A stretch of 60,634 nucleotides of DNA, counting the filler, from Diploschistes diacapsis (taxonomy: Eukaryota): assembly GCA_023645945.1 (NCBI GenBank). It is 6 parts of 6 records of this genome, joined end to end, with 100 filler letters (N's around TTAATTAATTAA, not from the genome) between each part and the next. Parts side by side here need not be neighbours in the genome. Positions count along the whole stretch, not along the records: positions 50,629 to 60,634 come from JALAIB010000972.1; 5 more parts are not named here. One strand, written 5' to 3'. Numbering within the stretch: the stretch's first letter is position 1; each line of letters begins with the position of its first letter. The translations under genes were made by a program, and so were the position numbers. Below, piece after piece: positions 58,290 to 60,634 of this stretch. Under the pieces are notes generated by a model that had not been told where the DNA came from, did no database searches, and saw only the letters and a list, made by a program, of their open reading frames with translations.

Positions 58290-60588
58290 ATGGCCACAGA
58301 GTCTCTCGAGAAGCTTGTCCCCCTTGCGAGCCCAATCCCTCCGCCTGTTCAAGAAGAGGTGCTGAACGATGACCAGTGGGCTACCTTGCTTGCCATCGCT
58401 GATGCCTTCATCCCTGCAATTCGGTCCTCTGCAACCCAATCCACTTCCGCGCTAGCACTCTCCTCATCTGAATATACAAAGCTTGCCCAGAGCCTCGCCC
58501 TGCAAGCTGCGGGTGGTAAAGATGCAGCAGGCACCGTCCACAAGTATTTGGCAGAGAATGCAAGTGAAACGCCTGGCTTCAAGGACCTTGTGAATCGCAT
58601 GCTAGGCGATTACTCCAGGTCTGATGCGCAAAATGCTACCAGCATTCTGCTGTCCGTGTTAGGGTACACGATCTTTCTGATAGTATCACTTCATATCTAA
58701 TTAATCCAGGACGCGAGCAGGAAGCCTGTTAATGACCGGGTCGACCACGCCTCTGCACCTGCAGCCCCTGGAGGTGCGCCAGCAGATCCTTCAATCCTGG
58801 AGCAATTCTTATCTTCCACCCCTCCGGCTGGCGTTCAAGCTCTTTGGCATTCTCTCCAAGCAGGTATGGCTGAAGACGAGCCCTACATACTCAAAGTTGA
58901 TCGGGTTCCCTCGCGTTCCGATCCATGGAACTCAAGGGAAAGGCTTCCATTACCGATTCATCCAATTTCCTCCCGGGGACGCCCCAGAAACCATCGAAAC
59001 TGATGTCTTGATCGTGGGTAGCGGATGCGGAGGAGCGGTATGCGCCAAGAATCTTGCGGAAGCGGGTCATCGGGTGCTCGTGGTCGAAAAGGCCTATCAC
59101 TTCCCACCGCAGCACCTCCCAATGTCGCAGATAGATGGGCCGATTCACTTGTTCGGGAACGGCGGCGCGGAGTTCAGTGATGACAACAGTATCGCGATAT
59201 TGTCAGGCCAAACCTGGGGCGGTGGTGGCACGGTGAATTGGTCCGCTTCATTGCAGACCCAAAACTATGTCCGTCAGGAGTGGGCTGACGGCGGTCTCCC
59301 CTTCTTCACCTCTGCGGACTTTCAAGAGTCCCTAGATCGGGTTTGCCAGCGTATGGGTGCTTCGGCAGACCACGTCAAGCATAACAAGACTAACCAAGCG
59401 CTCATGGATGGGGCGAGGCTGCTGGGTTACAATGCAATATCGGTTCCCCAAAATACAGGAGGTAAGCAGCATTATTGCGGCTACTGCACTTTTGGCTGCG
59501 GCTCTGCGGAGAAGCAGGGCCCGGTTGTGTCTTGGCTTCCAGATGCCGCTCGCGCTGGTGCCCAGTTCGTTGAAGGCTTTACTGCCGACGAAATCATCTT
59601 CTCGGAGAGCGCGGGCAAGAAAACTGCCACCAGCGTACAAGGCACATGGAAGTCGCGCGACAGCCACGGCGGTGTCGACGGACATGATCAGTATACAAGG
59701 TCCGTCACGATCGAAGCGAAGAAAATCATTGTCTCCTGTGGCACGCTCCAATCGCCACTCCTCCTCATGCGAAGTGGCTTGAAGAACCCCAACATTGGCC
59801 GCAATCTGCATTTGCATCCCGTTTCGATTGTCGCAGCCGTGTTCCCAGAGGAAAAAGTCAATCCATGGGAAGGCGGCATTCTCACCGTCGCCATCACTTC
59901 TCTAGAGAATCTTGATGGACAGGGCCACGGGCCAAAACTTGAAGCGATGACGATGATGCCCGCGGTAATGCTACCCTTTATGCCTTGGTCCTCGGCAGCC
60001 CAGTGGAAAGGGCTTGCAGCAAAATTCAAGAGCATGGTCGGCTTCATTAGCCTGCTACGCGATAGGGACACGGGCAGAGTTTTCGGCGACAAGAAAGACG
60101 GAAAGTGCCACATCGCGTATAACCCTTCGACCCTGGACCGGAAGCATATGCTCGAGGGCGTTATTGCGCTGGCGAAGATCTCGTACGTTACCGGCGCAAG
60201 AGAAATAATCACTACCCTCCCGGGAGTTCCAAGCTTCGTGCGCGAGGACGTTCCAAAAGGCCAACCGAATCGAGGTGTCAATGATCCCAAATTCCAGGAC
60301 TGGCTGCTGCAGCTTCGTAAGAAAGGCTTCCCCGATCCGGAGAGCACCTTTGGCTCGGCGCACCAGATGGGCACATGTCGCATGGGTGCGAACGAAAGGT
60401 CGAGCGTGGTCGATGCCGAGGGCAAAGTCTGGGGCGTGGACGGGCTCTACGTAGCCGACGCGAGCGTGTTCCCAAGCGCAAGCGGAGTCAACCCAATGGT
60501 AACAAACATGGCGATCAGCGACTGGACGTCGAGGAACCTGGCTCAGAAGATGAAGGCCGAAGAGCGCAGGGACGGCGCCGCGCTCTGA
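58290..60588 (+). CDS. Long-chain fatty alcohol oxidase (GMC oxidoreductase); intron 58664-58709
   Basis: DVLIVGSGCGGAV (FAD-binding), GQTWGGGGTVNWSA, the FAO-typical CGYCTFGC motif, IGRNLHLHP, SAHQMGTCRMG and VADASVFPSASGVNPMVT. Confidence 0.92.
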
Positions 60589-60634
60589 ACGCCATCCCAG
60601 ACGGTCTAGTTCTCGTTTTCTTAACCTGGGGGGG

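Noticed and set aside
55955..60588. MFS transporter plus fatty alcohol oxidase as a secondary-metabolite cluster
   Set aside because: There is no backbone enzyme (PKS/NRPS/terpene synthase) on this contig and both families are common standalone genes.

Overview
Eukaryotic, intron-containing ascomycete (Pezizomycotina-type) fungal DNA. The window is not one locus. It is six contigs of steadily decreasing size (10044, 10023, 10023, 10020, 10018 and 10006 bp) joined by 100-bp N spacers with a central TTAATTAATTAA linker, so adjacency across the gaps is probably artificial. Genes with no lesions seen: MAPEG protein (partial), arrestin-fold protein, bZIP TF, secreted class II heme peroxidase, two Zn2Cys6 TFs, a head-to-head pair of His/Val/Glu-repeat 'allergen-like' proteins, mitochondrial EF-G2 (MEF2), TAH18/NDOR1, an RRM-RGG-RRM protein, a B-type cyclin, a UPF0390 protein, an MFS transporter and a long-chain fatty alcohol oxidase. 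Gap-truncated genes: GCS1, CRY-DASH, MFAP1 and MTC1. Many accessory genes are decayed: GST, GH115, SDR, SIMPL, a secreted KR-processed protein, a tandem-module protein and a kinase fragment. Two non-autonomous TIR elements are present, one with a RIP-like composition. I found no CRISPR, rRNA, tRNA or convincing novel system. The best leads are the divergent repeat-protein pair, the pseudogene tract and the MITEs. All family calls come from recalled motifs, not database searches.
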